NCBI GenBank assembly: GCA_023392535.1
Contig: JAEVYY010000004.1
Coordinates: forward strand, 2,845 to 66,844
DNA: 64,000 nt
Source of the DNA: Bacillota bacterium
GTDB taxonomy: Bacteria; Bacillota; Clostridia; Lachnospirales; Lachnospiraceae
Reading direction: 5' to 3'
A model generated the notes under the pieces. That model was given only the letters and a program-made list of their open reading frames with translations, made no database searches and was not told the origin of the DNA. A program made the translations under genes and the position numbers. How positions within the stretch are numbered: the stretch's first letter is position 1; each line of letters begins with the position of its first letter. Positions 10,517 through 19,006 of the stretch are shown piece by piece.

Positions 10517-10627
10517 TGATACGCACTCGCTATCTAGGAAGAAATCCTCCCAATGGCCGGATGCGCTCGGCGCGAGAGTGTGAACCATGCCCACACTCTG
10601 TTTTCAAGACAAAAGCGATAATAGCAC

Positions 10628-10963
10628 CTAAATAGCATTTAAAGAACCGTCCGAATCATCATCTTCATCAAAAAATTCTTCTACTTTTTCTATATTTTCA
10701 GATGTAGAAGCAACTTCTGAATTGTTTTCTTCCGCTGACTTTGCATCATCTAAATTTAAAGAAACATACGACCGTTCTTTTTTAGAACTGTCGTTGGAAG
10801 GTTCCTCATTATCAAGGTCTTCGCTGAAATCGTCAAAATCATCGAAATCATCATCATCCTCGAAATCGTTTTTGCCCTTATTCTGCATATAATAATAAGC
10901 ACCTGCAGCAACTGCACCTACAGCAGCAGTAAACATAAGGAATTTTCCAAATTTTTTAGCCAT
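10628..10963 (-). CDS. hypothetical membrane-anchored, highly acidic protein
   Basis: ATG after AAAGGAG. N-terminal TM segment (FLMFTAAVGAVAAGAYYY), then a D/E-rich low-complexity tail. No family recognised. Confidence 0.5.
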   Translation of the reverse strand: MAKKFGKFLMFTAAVGAVAAGAYYYMQNKGKNDFEDDDDFDDFDDFSEDLDNEEPSNDSSKKERSYVSLNLDDAKSAEENNSEVASTSENIEKVEEFFDEDDDSDGSLNAI

Positions 10964-11217
10964 AAATGTACTCCTTTCATTTAAAATGACAGTATTTGAC
11001 AACTGACAATTTTATTTTTAAAATAATTGTAATACTATTTTACGGAATTGAAAAGAGAATATGCATAAATTTATTTTTATTTCATCAATTGGTAAAAAAA
11101 TGTAGAAAAATTTAAATAGAAAACCAGTAAATGACATTGAATTACAAGAATGGATATGGTATGCTTGGTTTCGACTGCAATAGTCAATAATACAAATGAA
11201 AGTATGAATGATTAAAA

Positions 11218-11838
11218 ATGAATGACAAATTTTTTGATTTAGTGAAAGAGAAGCAAGATAAAATAATTAATGCGGCTTTAAAGATATTTGCGAAAAGTGA
11301 TTATAGAAGATCAAGTACAGATGAAATTGTAAAGGAAGCAGGGATTAGTAAGGGTCTTTTGTTTCACTATTTTAATAGTAAGGCAGGACTTTTTGATTTT
11401 ATATACGCGTATAGTGTAAAATATCTTTCCATAGAACTTTATCAAACAATAAGTATTAAAGAAACGGATTATTTTGAACTGATAGAGCAAATAGTAAATG
11501 CACATTTACGTATTATGAGACAGTATCCTTATATGATAATTTTCCTCAAAAAAGCGGAGGAAGAAGAGGAGGAAGAAGTGGTCTCTTTCATTTCTAAAAA
11601 AAGACAGGATTATAGACAAGAATATAGCAGAATTTTTGCAAGGGCAGATATGTCAGGATTTAAAAAGGACATAAAAATAGAAATGGCTCAAAATATAATA
11701 GCATTTACTATGAAAGGGGTAGAGGATATGTATCTGAAGAAAAGTGAATTTATCCCAGAAGAATTGAGTCAAAGTACCATAGATTATTTAAAAATACTGA
11801 AACCTTTCATGTATGAATTAACGGGGTATAGTGGATAG
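11218..11838 (+). CDS. TetR/AcrR-family transcriptional regulator
   Basis: N-terminal TetR HTH pattern (SSTDEIVKEAGISKGLLFHYFNSK). About 200 aa. Confidence 0.8.
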   Translation: MNDKFFDLVKEKQDKIINAALKIFAKSDYRRSSTDEIVKEAGISKGLLFHYFNSKAGLFDFIYAYSVKYLSIELYQTISIKETDYFELIEQIVNAHLRIMRQYPYMIIFLKKAEEEEEEEVVSFISKKRQDYRQEYSRIFARADMSGFKKDIKIEMAQNIIAFTMKGVEDMYLKKSEFIPEELSQSTIDYLKILKPFMYELTGYSG

Positions 11839-11841
11839 TAT

Positions 11842-12600
11842 TTATTTGGATTGTTTATAAAAGTTAGTGGCGGGATAGCCTCCTGCCATTTTTTGCATCC
11901 CACGCTGAATGGCGTCTTTCGAATTTTTCCAATCTGCATCTTGATTGCGGTAATCAAATTTTTCAATTAGCCATGAAATATCTTCCTGAACACGCTCTAA
12001 ATTTTTATCCATTAGGAGAATCATAGAAGAATAAAATTCTGAAATTTCTTTCTTGGATAATTTGTAATCGGCCATTTCGCATAAATGACCAAAATGATAA
12101 AGGCAAAATCCTTTTGAATTTATTGTCGTATCACGAAAAGCAAGATCCTTTTGATACATCATAAAAAAGGTTTCCAGATAACGTTCATAGGTAGCAGAAT
12201 ACTGGTTGCAGATATAGCAGGATTGTATTCTATCGGCGACAAAGATGCCAATCTCATTTTGGGAAGAAGCTTTTCTGATTTTAGTTGGGAAAAAAGCTTT
12301 ATGAGGCTTATAGTCCTTATATTTTTTCTGCAGTTCCTCACGTAAATTTTGGAAATGGGATTTTAAAATCCATGCATTCCCAAGTGTATTTCCATATTGG
12401 AACATCTTTTGATAGTGATTACGGCAAAATCCCATTTTATCAGTGACTTCTCGTACGTTATTTTGCATATAGGAAGAACCGGAGCCTAAAACGAAGTCCA
12501 GCAAATCTTCTTCTATCTTTTTTTCAATATGGCAAAATGGGCATTCGTCATTTGCCAGAAATGCATCCTTTAGTGGTATGGTATATAATTTTTCACTCAT
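11842..12600 (-). CDS. hypothetical Cys-rich protein with an internally duplicated CxxC...GFCxxH module
   Basis: The pair CPFC ... GFCRNHY is repeated as CYIC ... GFCLYHF about 110 residues later. No enzymatic motif recognised. Confidence 0.5.
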   Translation of the reverse strand: MSEKLYTIPLKDAFLANDECPFCHIEKKIEEDLLDFVLGSGSSYMQNNVREVTDKMGFCRNHYQKMFQYGNTLGNAWILKSHFQNLREELQKKYKDYKPHKAFFPTKIRKASSQNEIGIFVADRIQSCYICNQYSATYERYLETFFMMYQKDLAFRDTTINSKGFCLYHFGHLCEMADYKLSKKEISEFYSSMILLMDKNLERVQEDISWLIEKFDYRNQDADWKNSKDAIQRGMQKMAGGYPATNFYKQSK

Positions 12601-12778
12601 GTTGCTCCTGTGGATTCGTATGTGTTTGATATTTAATTAATTGTAGCGGAAATCGTTTTAAATAGCAACCATATGCAATATCTATTTTATGTAGTTGGCT
12701 TGAAAATCAGATGCAGAAAAGTTATACTTTAAACAGTATCTAAAAATAAGAAATATCTTTTATAGGGGAGTGGAAGTT

Positions 12779-13375
12779 ATGAATAAGAAGATAATTATAA
12801 CAATAGGACGTGAATTTGGCGGAGAAGGTCATGAAATTGGAAAAGAACTTGCTGAAAGATTGGGGATTAAGATGTATGACAAGGATTTGCTTACTATTGC
12901 TTCAAAAAGAAGCGGTCTTGCAGTAGAACATCTTGCCAATGTAGATGAATCCATTACCAATCGTTTTCTGGAGCCTTATTTGGGATTTGGAATTGGAAAT
13001 GATAATTTGAATGATAAGCTATTTGCTGAACAATCACAAATTATTCGTGACATCTCATCCAGAGAATCTTGCATAATAATAGGGAGATGCGCGGATTATA
13101 TTTTAAAAGATGACCCTGATTGTATCCATGCATTTATATATGCACCTTATGAAGTGAGGGTTAATATCATTAAAGAAAAGCACAAAATATCGGAGGAAGC
13201 TGCCAAAAAACTGGTTAAAAAAATGGATCAGGTCAGAAATGGCTACTATACGTATTATGCCGGAAAAGGCTGGAATCGTAAGGAAGGTAAGGACATCCTT
13301 TTGAATAGGGCAAAGTTCGGCGTATCGGGTTGCGTTGCTATTTTGGAAGCTATGGTCATGAACAGAATGCAATAG
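12779..13375 (+). CDS. cytidylate kinase-like family protein
   Basis: N-terminal IIITIGREFGGEGHEIGKELAERLG pattern typical of the cytidylate-kinase-like AAA family. ATG lies 9 nt after AGGGGAG. Confidence 0.65.
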   Translation: MNKKIIITIGREFGGEGHEIGKELAERLGIKMYDKDLLTIASKRSGLAVEHLANVDESITNRFLEPYLGFGIGNDNLNDKLFAEQSQIIRDISSRESCIIIGRCADYILKDDPDCIHAFIYAPYEVRVNIIKEKHKISEEAAKKLVKKMDQVRNGYYTYYAGKGWNRKEGKDILLNRAKFGVSGCVAILEAMVMNRMQ

Positions 13376-13429
13376 CATCATTGGTTTATATTGCATACAA
13401 ATTAGTACAATAAATTATAAGACTTACTA

Positions 13430-13458
13430 TTGACGTAAGAAAAAGATTGTACTATCAT
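13430..13458 (+). promoter_or_regulatory. candidate sigma-70-type promoter (TTGACG-17-TATCAT) for the dat-pxp operon
   Basis: Hexamers with 17-nt spacing, about 120 nt upstream of the dat start. Confidence 0.4.
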
Positions 13459-13489
13459 TTATGTTAAATTAATATTGAAATGATGAATT

Positions 13490-13537
13490 CCACATTTAGA
13501 CAAAGATGTCCTTTTGTTCTGATTGTGGATTTTTTTA
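13490..13537 (+). terminator. terminator-like hairpin inside the 5' leader of the dat-pxp operon (possible attenuator)
   Basis: Long imperfect stem ccacatttagacaaag / ttttgttctgattgtgg, followed directly by ATTTTTTTA. It sits between the candidate promoter and the RBS of dat. Confidence 0.45.
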
Positions 13538-13579
13538 TTTCTTAGAAATATCATTTCAAGCCCGGAAGAGGAGAAAAGA

Positions 13580-14440
13580 ATGAAAACAGTTGGTTATTAC
13601 AATGGTAAAATGGATGAGCTAGAAGCTATGCAAATTCCTATGAACGACAGAGGTATGTATTTTGGAGATGGTGTATATGATGCTACTTACGCCGTTAACA
13701 GAAAAATTTTTGCGCTTGATGATCATATTGATCGTTTTTTTAACAGCTTTCAATTTTTGGAGATTCCGTTTCAATATTCGAAAGAAGAATTGGCAGCAGA
13801 ACTACAAAAATGTGTTGATACAATAGATACAGATGGAACTGTTTTTGTATATTGGCAGACAACAAGGGGAACTGGTATTCGTAATCATGTATTTCCGGAG
13901 GGGAAGCCTAATCTTTTGATTTATATTATAGAATCTGAAATGAAAGATTTATTTACTCCGTTTCGATTAATTACAATGGAAGATGTTCGCTTTTTATTGT
14001 GTAATATTAAGACCTTGAACTTGATTCCAAGTTGTATTGCGAACCAAAGAGCAAAAGAGGCGGGCTGTAATGAGGCAGTTCTTCACAGAGGAGAAAGAGT
14101 CACCGAGTGTGCACATAGTAATATCAATATCTTGAAGAACGGTGTCTTTATTACACCACCAACGGATAATCTGATATTACCTGGAATTACCAGAAAGCAC
14201 CTTTTAATGATTTGCGAAGAAAAAGGAATACCGACAGAGATCAGACCATTTACGTTAACGGAATTATTTGATTGTGATGAAGCTATTGTAAGCAGCTCAG
14301 GTGCATTATGTGTACCGGTATCTGAAATTGATGGAAAGCCTGTTGGCGGTAAAGATAAGGAAACATTATTAAAATTACAAATGGGCTATATTAGAAAGTT
14401 CGAAAAAGAAGTCGGTGCGACAGTTTATAAAAGACCATAA
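13580..14440 (+). CDS. dat: D-amino-acid (D-alanine) aminotransferase, class IV PLP enzyme
   Basis: Class IV aminotransferase blocks (DRGMYFGDGVYD, CNIKTLNLIP with the K in the expected PLP-lysine context, ILPGITR). ATG at 13580 follows GGAGGAG; the ORF-track extension from 13523 is rejected. Confidence 0.75.
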   Translation: MKTVGYYNGKMDELEAMQIPMNDRGMYFGDGVYDATYAVNRKIFALDDHIDRFFNSFQFLEIPFQYSKEELAAELQKCVDTIDTDGTVFVYWQTTRGTGIRNHVFPEGKPNLLIYIIESEMKDLFTPFRLITMEDVRFLLCNIKTLNLIPSCIANQRAKEAGCNEAVLHRGERVTECAHSNINILKNGVFITPPTDNLILPGITRKHLLMICEEKGIPTEIRPFTLTELFDCDEAIVSSSGALCVPVSEIDGKPVGGKDKETLLKLQMGYIRKFEKEVGATVYKRP

Positions 14441-14457
14441 GTGGGGGATATCGGACT

Positions 14458-15540
14458 ATGACGAAGGAAAAATTAGCGGAATTAAATATTGGAGATAATT
14501 TGGATCAGTTAATGAATCTGGATCCCAGAGGTTATGGTGTTTGTAGAATACTCTATGCAGGGAGCAGAGCGTATACAGGAGAACCCCTTACAATGCATGG
14601 TGCAAAGGAACTCATAAATGTGATACGCCAAGGTGATCTTGTATATATCATGACAGGCTTTATATTAAGACCCCACAAAATGCCAGAAATGGATGGCATC
14701 GTAAGTTCGATCCTTCTTTGCAGGGCAATGGTAGAGGCGTTTGACTGTAAACCGGTCATTATATGCCCGGAAGATAATGTGATTGCCGTAAAAAATTGTG
14801 CTCCTGCCATAGGGCTTCACTTATATGAAGATTTTAATGAGTTGTGTGAGTTACCGATGGCTATGGGAGTGATTTCCTTTACAAAAAAGGTAGAGGAGGC
14901 TGATAGTTGTGCAGATTCTATTTTGGGGATGGGACTTCCAAAAGCTTTAATTTCAATTGAAGCACCAGGTGCGAATGAATTTGGGGAATATCACAATGCA
15001 GTAGGTGAGAATATAACGCAGCTGGAAGCAAAAATGGATATTTTATTTGATAGAGTAAAAGAAAAAGGAATTCTTACGTTATCCATTGGTGATTTGGGAA
15101 ATGAAATAGGAATGGGAGTAATTGGTGATCATATCAGAAAATATATTCCTTATACAGATAAAGAGCAATGTAAGTGTGGGTGTAAAGGAGGAATCCTTGC
15201 GCGAACGAAAGCGGATCATATTATTACAGCCACTACATCAGACTGGGGTTGTATGGGTCTTATAGGAGCATTGGCATATCTGTTGAAGAATATTAAGATC
15301 ATGCATGATATCACAATGCAAGCTGAAGTAATGACGATCGCATCAAGGAGTGGAATGATTGATATGACGGGTTCACTTCTGCCGGGCGTCGATGGATTCA
15401 ATATAGATATGAATTGCGCTATCGTAAATCTCATGAGACAATGCGTGGAATATGGAATCGGGTACCAGAATGAGACATGGTTCGTAAACGTATTAAATAA
15501 GAATTTTTACCGATTGGTTAGTGATTCTGTAATTGATTGA
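14458..15540 (+). CDS. DUF4392 / D-glutamate-cyclase-like domain protein
   Basis: 360-aa soluble protein. Assigned from my recollection of the DUF4392 family and from its position between dat and pxpB with 17- and 36-nt gaps. An HMM search is needed to confirm. Confidence 0.55.
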   Translation: MTKEKLAELNIGDNLDQLMNLDPRGYGVCRILYAGSRAYTGEPLTMHGAKELINVIRQGDLVYIMTGFILRPHKMPEMDGIVSSILLCRAMVEAFDCKPVIICPEDNVIAVKNCAPAIGLHLYEDFNELCELPMAMGVISFTKKVEEADSCADSILGMGLPKALISIEAPGANEFGEYHNAVGENITQLEAKMDILFDRVKEKGILTLSIGDLGNEIGMGVIGDHIRKYIPYTDKEQCKCGCKGGILARTKADHIITATTSDWGCMGLIGALAYLLKNIKIMHDITMQAEVMTIASRSGMIDMTGSLLPGVDGFNIDMNCAIVNLMRQCVEYGIGYQNETWFVNVLNKNFYRLVSDSVID

Positions 15541-15576
15541 GAATATGTTGTAAAAGAGACAGGAGAGGATTTGGGC

Positions 15577-16305
15577 ATGAATGAAGTCAGAATTTTAATA
15601 GTTGGGGAATCTGCTTTATGTGTTGAATTTGGCAACCAAATATCAAGTGAAATCAATGCGAACATTAGGGGACTGAATCAGGAAATCAGAAAATACAAAA
15701 TCGCAGGAGTAGTAGAAACGGTGCCTACTTTCCGATCTTTAATGGTGTACTATGATTGCAGAATAATATCCTATAAGAGACTTATAAAAAAAATCGAAAA
15801 ACGGTTAAAAAATCGGATATATGAGCAAATAGAAGAAAAAACAATCGTTGAAATACCGGTGTGTTATGACGATCCTTTTTCACCTGATATGCAGAATGTG
15901 TGTGAGCATACAGGATTAAGCAGAGAAGAAGTGATAGCCATGCATTGCGGAACCGATTATCTGATTTATATGTTGGGATTTTTACCGGGTTTTCCTTATT
16001 TGGGGGGCATGGACGAAAGATTGAATACACCAAGACATGCAATACCACGTGTAAGAATTGAGGCTGGATCCGTGGGGATCGGAGGAGAACAGACTGGTAT
16101 TTATCCCTTGGCATCTCCGGGTGGATGGCAGCTGATTGGAAAAACACCAGTAAAACCATATGATGCAGATAGAGAGAAGCCTTTGTTATATGGTGCAGGT
16201 CAGTATATTCGGTTTATTCGAATAGATGCGGAAGAGTATGCAAGGATCGAGTCGTTGGTATCGAAAAATGCCTATGTATGCAACCATGTAAAAGGAGGAA
16301 CCTGA
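15577..16305 (+). CDS. pxpB: 5-oxoprolinase subunit B (KipI / allophanate hydrolase subunit 1 family)
   Basis: Family blocks VPTFRSLMVYYD, GFLPGFPYLGG and ASPGGWQLIGKTP. Confidence 0.8.
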   Translation: MNEVRILIVGESALCVEFGNQISSEINANIRGLNQEIRKYKIAGVVETVPTFRSLMVYYDCRIISYKRLIKKIEKRLKNRIYEQIEEKTIVEIPVCYDDPFSPDMQNVCEHTGLSREEVIAMHCGTDYLIYMLGFLPGFPYLGGMDERLNTPRHAIPRVRIEAGSVGIGGEQTGIYPLASPGGWQLIGKTPVKPYDADREKPLLYGAGQYIRFIRIDAEEYARIESLVSKNAYVCNHVKGGT

Positions 16306-16306
16306 T

Positions 16307-17248
16307 ATGGGAATTAAAGTCTTACAAGGAGGGGCCTTAACAACGGTGCAAGACGCGGGGCGTATAGGCTATCAAGATACTGGATTTTCGGTTTCTGGTG
16401 TTATGGATTACCGTTCCTTCCGAATGGCTAATATGTTACTAGGAAATGAAGAGAATGAGGCAGTATTGGAAGTTTCCATAATGGGACCAACCATTACTTT
16501 TACCAGGGATAATACGTTTACAATAACGGGCGGTGATTTTTCGGCAGCTCTTAATAATAGAAATATAGATCTTTACACAGCTATACCTGTGAAAAAGGGT
16601 GATACTCTAAGATTAGGTCCTGTTAAAGAAGGTGCACGTGCGTACATTGCCTTTGCAGGAGGAATGGATATCCCTTCTGTAATGGGGAGTAAATCCACCA
16701 ATTTAAAATGCAGGATTGGGGGTCATAAAGGCAGAAAATTAGAAGCTGGAGATGAAATCGCTTTTAAAAACCCAAAACCAATTTTAAGTAATATGTATAA
16801 AAGATATGAGATTGTCAGGGAATTTCAGGAAAAGGACATTACGCTCCGAGTGATTTTGGGTCCACAGATAGAGTATTTTACTAAGGAAGGTATCCGAACC
16901 TTACTGGAATCAGAATATACCGTTTCAGAGGAATATGATCGAATGGGATGCAGGCTTAAAGGTCCAGCCATTAGTAGTATAAATGGTGTGGATATCATAT
17001 CAGATGGAATCGCACTCGGCAGCATTCAAATACCTGCAAGTGGAACACCGATCATAATGATGGCGGACAGACAAACCATCGGTGGATATGCGAAGATTGC
17101 GACCGTTATCCATGTGGATATCCCGAAACTGGCGCAGCGTATGCCAGGGAATAAGATACGCTTTCAGGAGATTACAATAGAGGAAGCTGCAAGACTTTAT
17201 AAAAAGGAAGAAAAAGAATTGAAACGTTTTCTCAAAAGAGTGAATTAA
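16307..17248 (+). CDS. pxpC: 5-oxoprolinase subunit C (KipA / biotin-independent carboxyltransferase-like family)
   Basis: Blocks TTVQDAGRIGYQ, GVMD and GSIQIPASGTPIIMMADRQTIGGY. Starts 1 nt after the pxpB stop. Confidence 0.8.
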   Translation: MGIKVLQGGALTTVQDAGRIGYQDTGFSVSGVMDYRSFRMANMLLGNEENEAVLEVSIMGPTITFTRDNTFTITGGDFSAALNNRNIDLYTAIPVKKGDTLRLGPVKEGARAYIAFAGGMDIPSVMGSKSTNLKCRIGGHKGRKLEAGDEIAFKNPKPILSNMYKRYEIVREFQEKDITLRVILGPQIEYFTKEGIRTLLESEYTVSEEYDRMGCRLKGPAISSINGVDIISDGIALGSIQIPASGTPIIMMADRQTIGGYAKIATVIHVDIPKLAQRMPGNKIRFQEITIEEAARLYKKEEKELKRFLKRVN

Positions 17249-17281
17249 TACTGCCTTTGGCAGTAGACGGGAGTGTGAAAT

Positions 17282-18067
17282 ATGGATTTTAGGAATATGG
17301 CACCAAAAGATGTGCGGGCACGCATTAGAAAGGGAGAGATTCAGAGTCCGACGGCAGGTATGAGTGCTGGATATGCACAGGCAAATTTGGTGGTGCTGCC
17401 AAAAGAACTTGCTTATGATTTTTTATTATTTACACAAAGAAATTCGAAGTCTTGTCCAGTATTAGAAGTATCTGACACCGGAAGCAGAGCGTTGCCGGGA
17501 ATCGCACCTGGTGCTGACATCGCGAATGATATCCCGAAATACCGAGTTTATGAAAATGGTATAATGACGGGTGAGTATACCAGTGTAGCGCACCTTTGGA
17601 GGGATGATTTTGTAAGCTTTTTAATCGGATGCAGCTTTTCTTTTGAATCGGAGTTAATAGAAGCAGGCATTGAGGTAAGACATATTACAGAAGGTTGTAA
17701 TGTTCCCATGTATACAACGAATATAGAATGTGAACCGGCAGGAATTTTTAGTGGCAGGATGGTAGTAAGTATGCGTCCCATTCCATATGGACAAATTGTT
17801 AAGGCTGTTACGGTTACAGGTGCACTGCCGAAAGTACATGGTACACCAATACATATTGGAGATCCTGGTATGATTGGAATTGAAGATGTGAATAGACCTG
17901 ATTTTGGTGATTCCGTAACAATAAAACAGGGAGAAGTTCCTGTTTTCTGGTGCTGCGGAGTTACTCCACAGTCAGTTATAATGAATACAAAACCTAAGTT
18001 TTGCATTACGCATGCCCCTGGACATATGTTGATTACAGATATAAAAAATGTAACATTAAAAATGTGA
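17282..18067 (+). CDS. DUF1445 / UPF0317 putative hydro-lyase (YcsI-like; the same domain is found in animal D-glutamate cyclase)
   Basis: N-terminal signature RARIRKGEIQSPTAGMSAGYAQANLVVLPKELAYDFLLFTQRN. About 260 aa. Confidence 0.75.
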   Translation: MDFRNMAPKDVRARIRKGEIQSPTAGMSAGYAQANLVVLPKELAYDFLLFTQRNSKSCPVLEVSDTGSRALPGIAPGADIANDIPKYRVYENGIMTGEYTSVAHLWRDDFVSFLIGCSFSFESELIEAGIEVRHITEGCNVPMYTTNIECEPAGIFSGRMVVSMRPIPYGQIVKAVTVTGALPKVHGTPIHIGDPGMIGIEDVNRPDFGDSVTIKQGEVPVFWCCGVTPQSVIMNTKPKFCITHAPGHMLITDIKNVTLKM

Positions 18068-18113
18068 GGAATTAGCGGCATGTGTATATAAAAGTATGCA
18101 GATTGGAGCAACT

Positions 18114-18869
18114 ATGTATAAAATTGATTTGAATTGTGACTTAGGCGAGAGCTTTGGTGACTATATTATTGGGATGGATGATTTGGTAATTCCTTACATC
18201 ACATCAGCAAATATTGCTTGTGGCTACCATGCTTCAGATCCTGTGGTAATGTCAAAAACAGTGGCACTTGCAAAGAAAATGGGGGTGTCGGTAGGTGCGC
18301 ACCCGGGACTTCCGGATCTAATGGGTTTTGGAAGAAGAAATATGGACCTATCTCCGGCGGATGCAAAAGCATATGTGATGTATCAGGTGGGAGCGTTAGA
18401 CTCATTTTGCAAAGCAAATAATGTAAAAATGAAACATGTGAAGCCGCATGGTGCGCTCTATAATATGGCAGGAAAGGACTATACGTTGTCAAAAGCAATT
18501 TGTGAAGGGATAAAAGAGGTGAATCCCGAGCTGATACTACTGGGATTGTCGGGAAGTCAGATGCTGATTGCAGCAGAAGAGTTGGGGCTACGTTCTGCAA
18601 AAGAGGTATTTGCAGACAGGGCATATGAAGAGGATGGTTCCTTGGTAGCTAGGACGAAAGAAGGCGCCATGATTATAAACGAGGATTTGGCTGTTAGCAG
18701 AGTGATCCGCATGATCAAAGAGGGCAAAGTAGAAAGCATCACCGGAAAAGATATTTCAATTAGTGCAGATTCTGTATGTGTACATGGAGATGGTGAGAAA
18801 GCACTGGCATTTGTTCAAAAAATAAGAATGACTTTAGAACAAGAAGGTATTCAAATCGCTCCATTTTAA
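18114..18869 (+). CDS. pxpA: 5-oxoprolinase subunit A (LamB/YcsF family)
   Basis: N-terminus MYKIDLNCDLGESFG and ACGYHASDP, typical of LamB/YcsF. ATG at 18114 follows GGAGCA. Confidence 0.85.
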   Translation: MYKIDLNCDLGESFGDYIIGMDDLVIPYITSANIACGYHASDPVVMSKTVALAKKMGVSVGAHPGLPDLMGFGRRNMDLSPADAKAYVMYQVGALDSFCKANNVKMKHVKPHGALYNMAGKDYTLSKAICEGIKEVNPELILLGLSGSQMLIAAEELGLRSAKEVFADRAYEEDGSLVARTKEGAMIINEDLAVSRVIRMIKEGKVESITGKDISISADSVCVHGDGEKALAFVQKIRMTLEQEGIQIAPF

Positions 18870-18934
18870 TCCTTTAAACTTAATAATTCTTGCACCAAAA
18901 TAAACACGTCATACTTCTTCCTTTCCAACAAAAT

Positions 18935-18998
18935 AGGCATCCAAGACGAAATCTTATAGTGTCAAAACACTGTACCTACGATTATGTCTTGGATGCCT
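18935..18998. terminator. two-tier hairpin between convergent pxpA and the AraC gene (possible bidirectional terminator)
   Basis: 13-bp perfect outer stem aggcatccaagac / gtcttggatgcct, enclosing an inner agtgt-caaa-acact hairpin. The flanks are T-rich on the minus strand. Confidence 0.45.
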
Positions 18999-19006
18999 TA
19001 TTGCGT

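Noticed and set aside
13523-13579. N-terminal extensions suggested by the ORF track, here and at 19922-20005, 20112-20126, 31599-31667, 42277-42324, 44955-44990, 55689-55715, 57079-57138 and 59536-59550
   Set aside because: In each case an internal ATG has a properly spaced Shine-Dalgarno sequence and restores the family-typical N-terminus. The extensions add hydrophobic or basic junk, or overlap the upstream gene or a hairpin.
17548-18111. 187-aa minus-strand ORF antisense to the DUF1445 gene. Similar antisense ORFs occur at 18199-18624, 45749-46177, 56763-57242 and 60214-60750.
   Set aside because: Each fully overlaps a plus-strand gene with clear family motifs. None has a recognisable domain or RBS, and their compositions are typical of spurious antisense frames.
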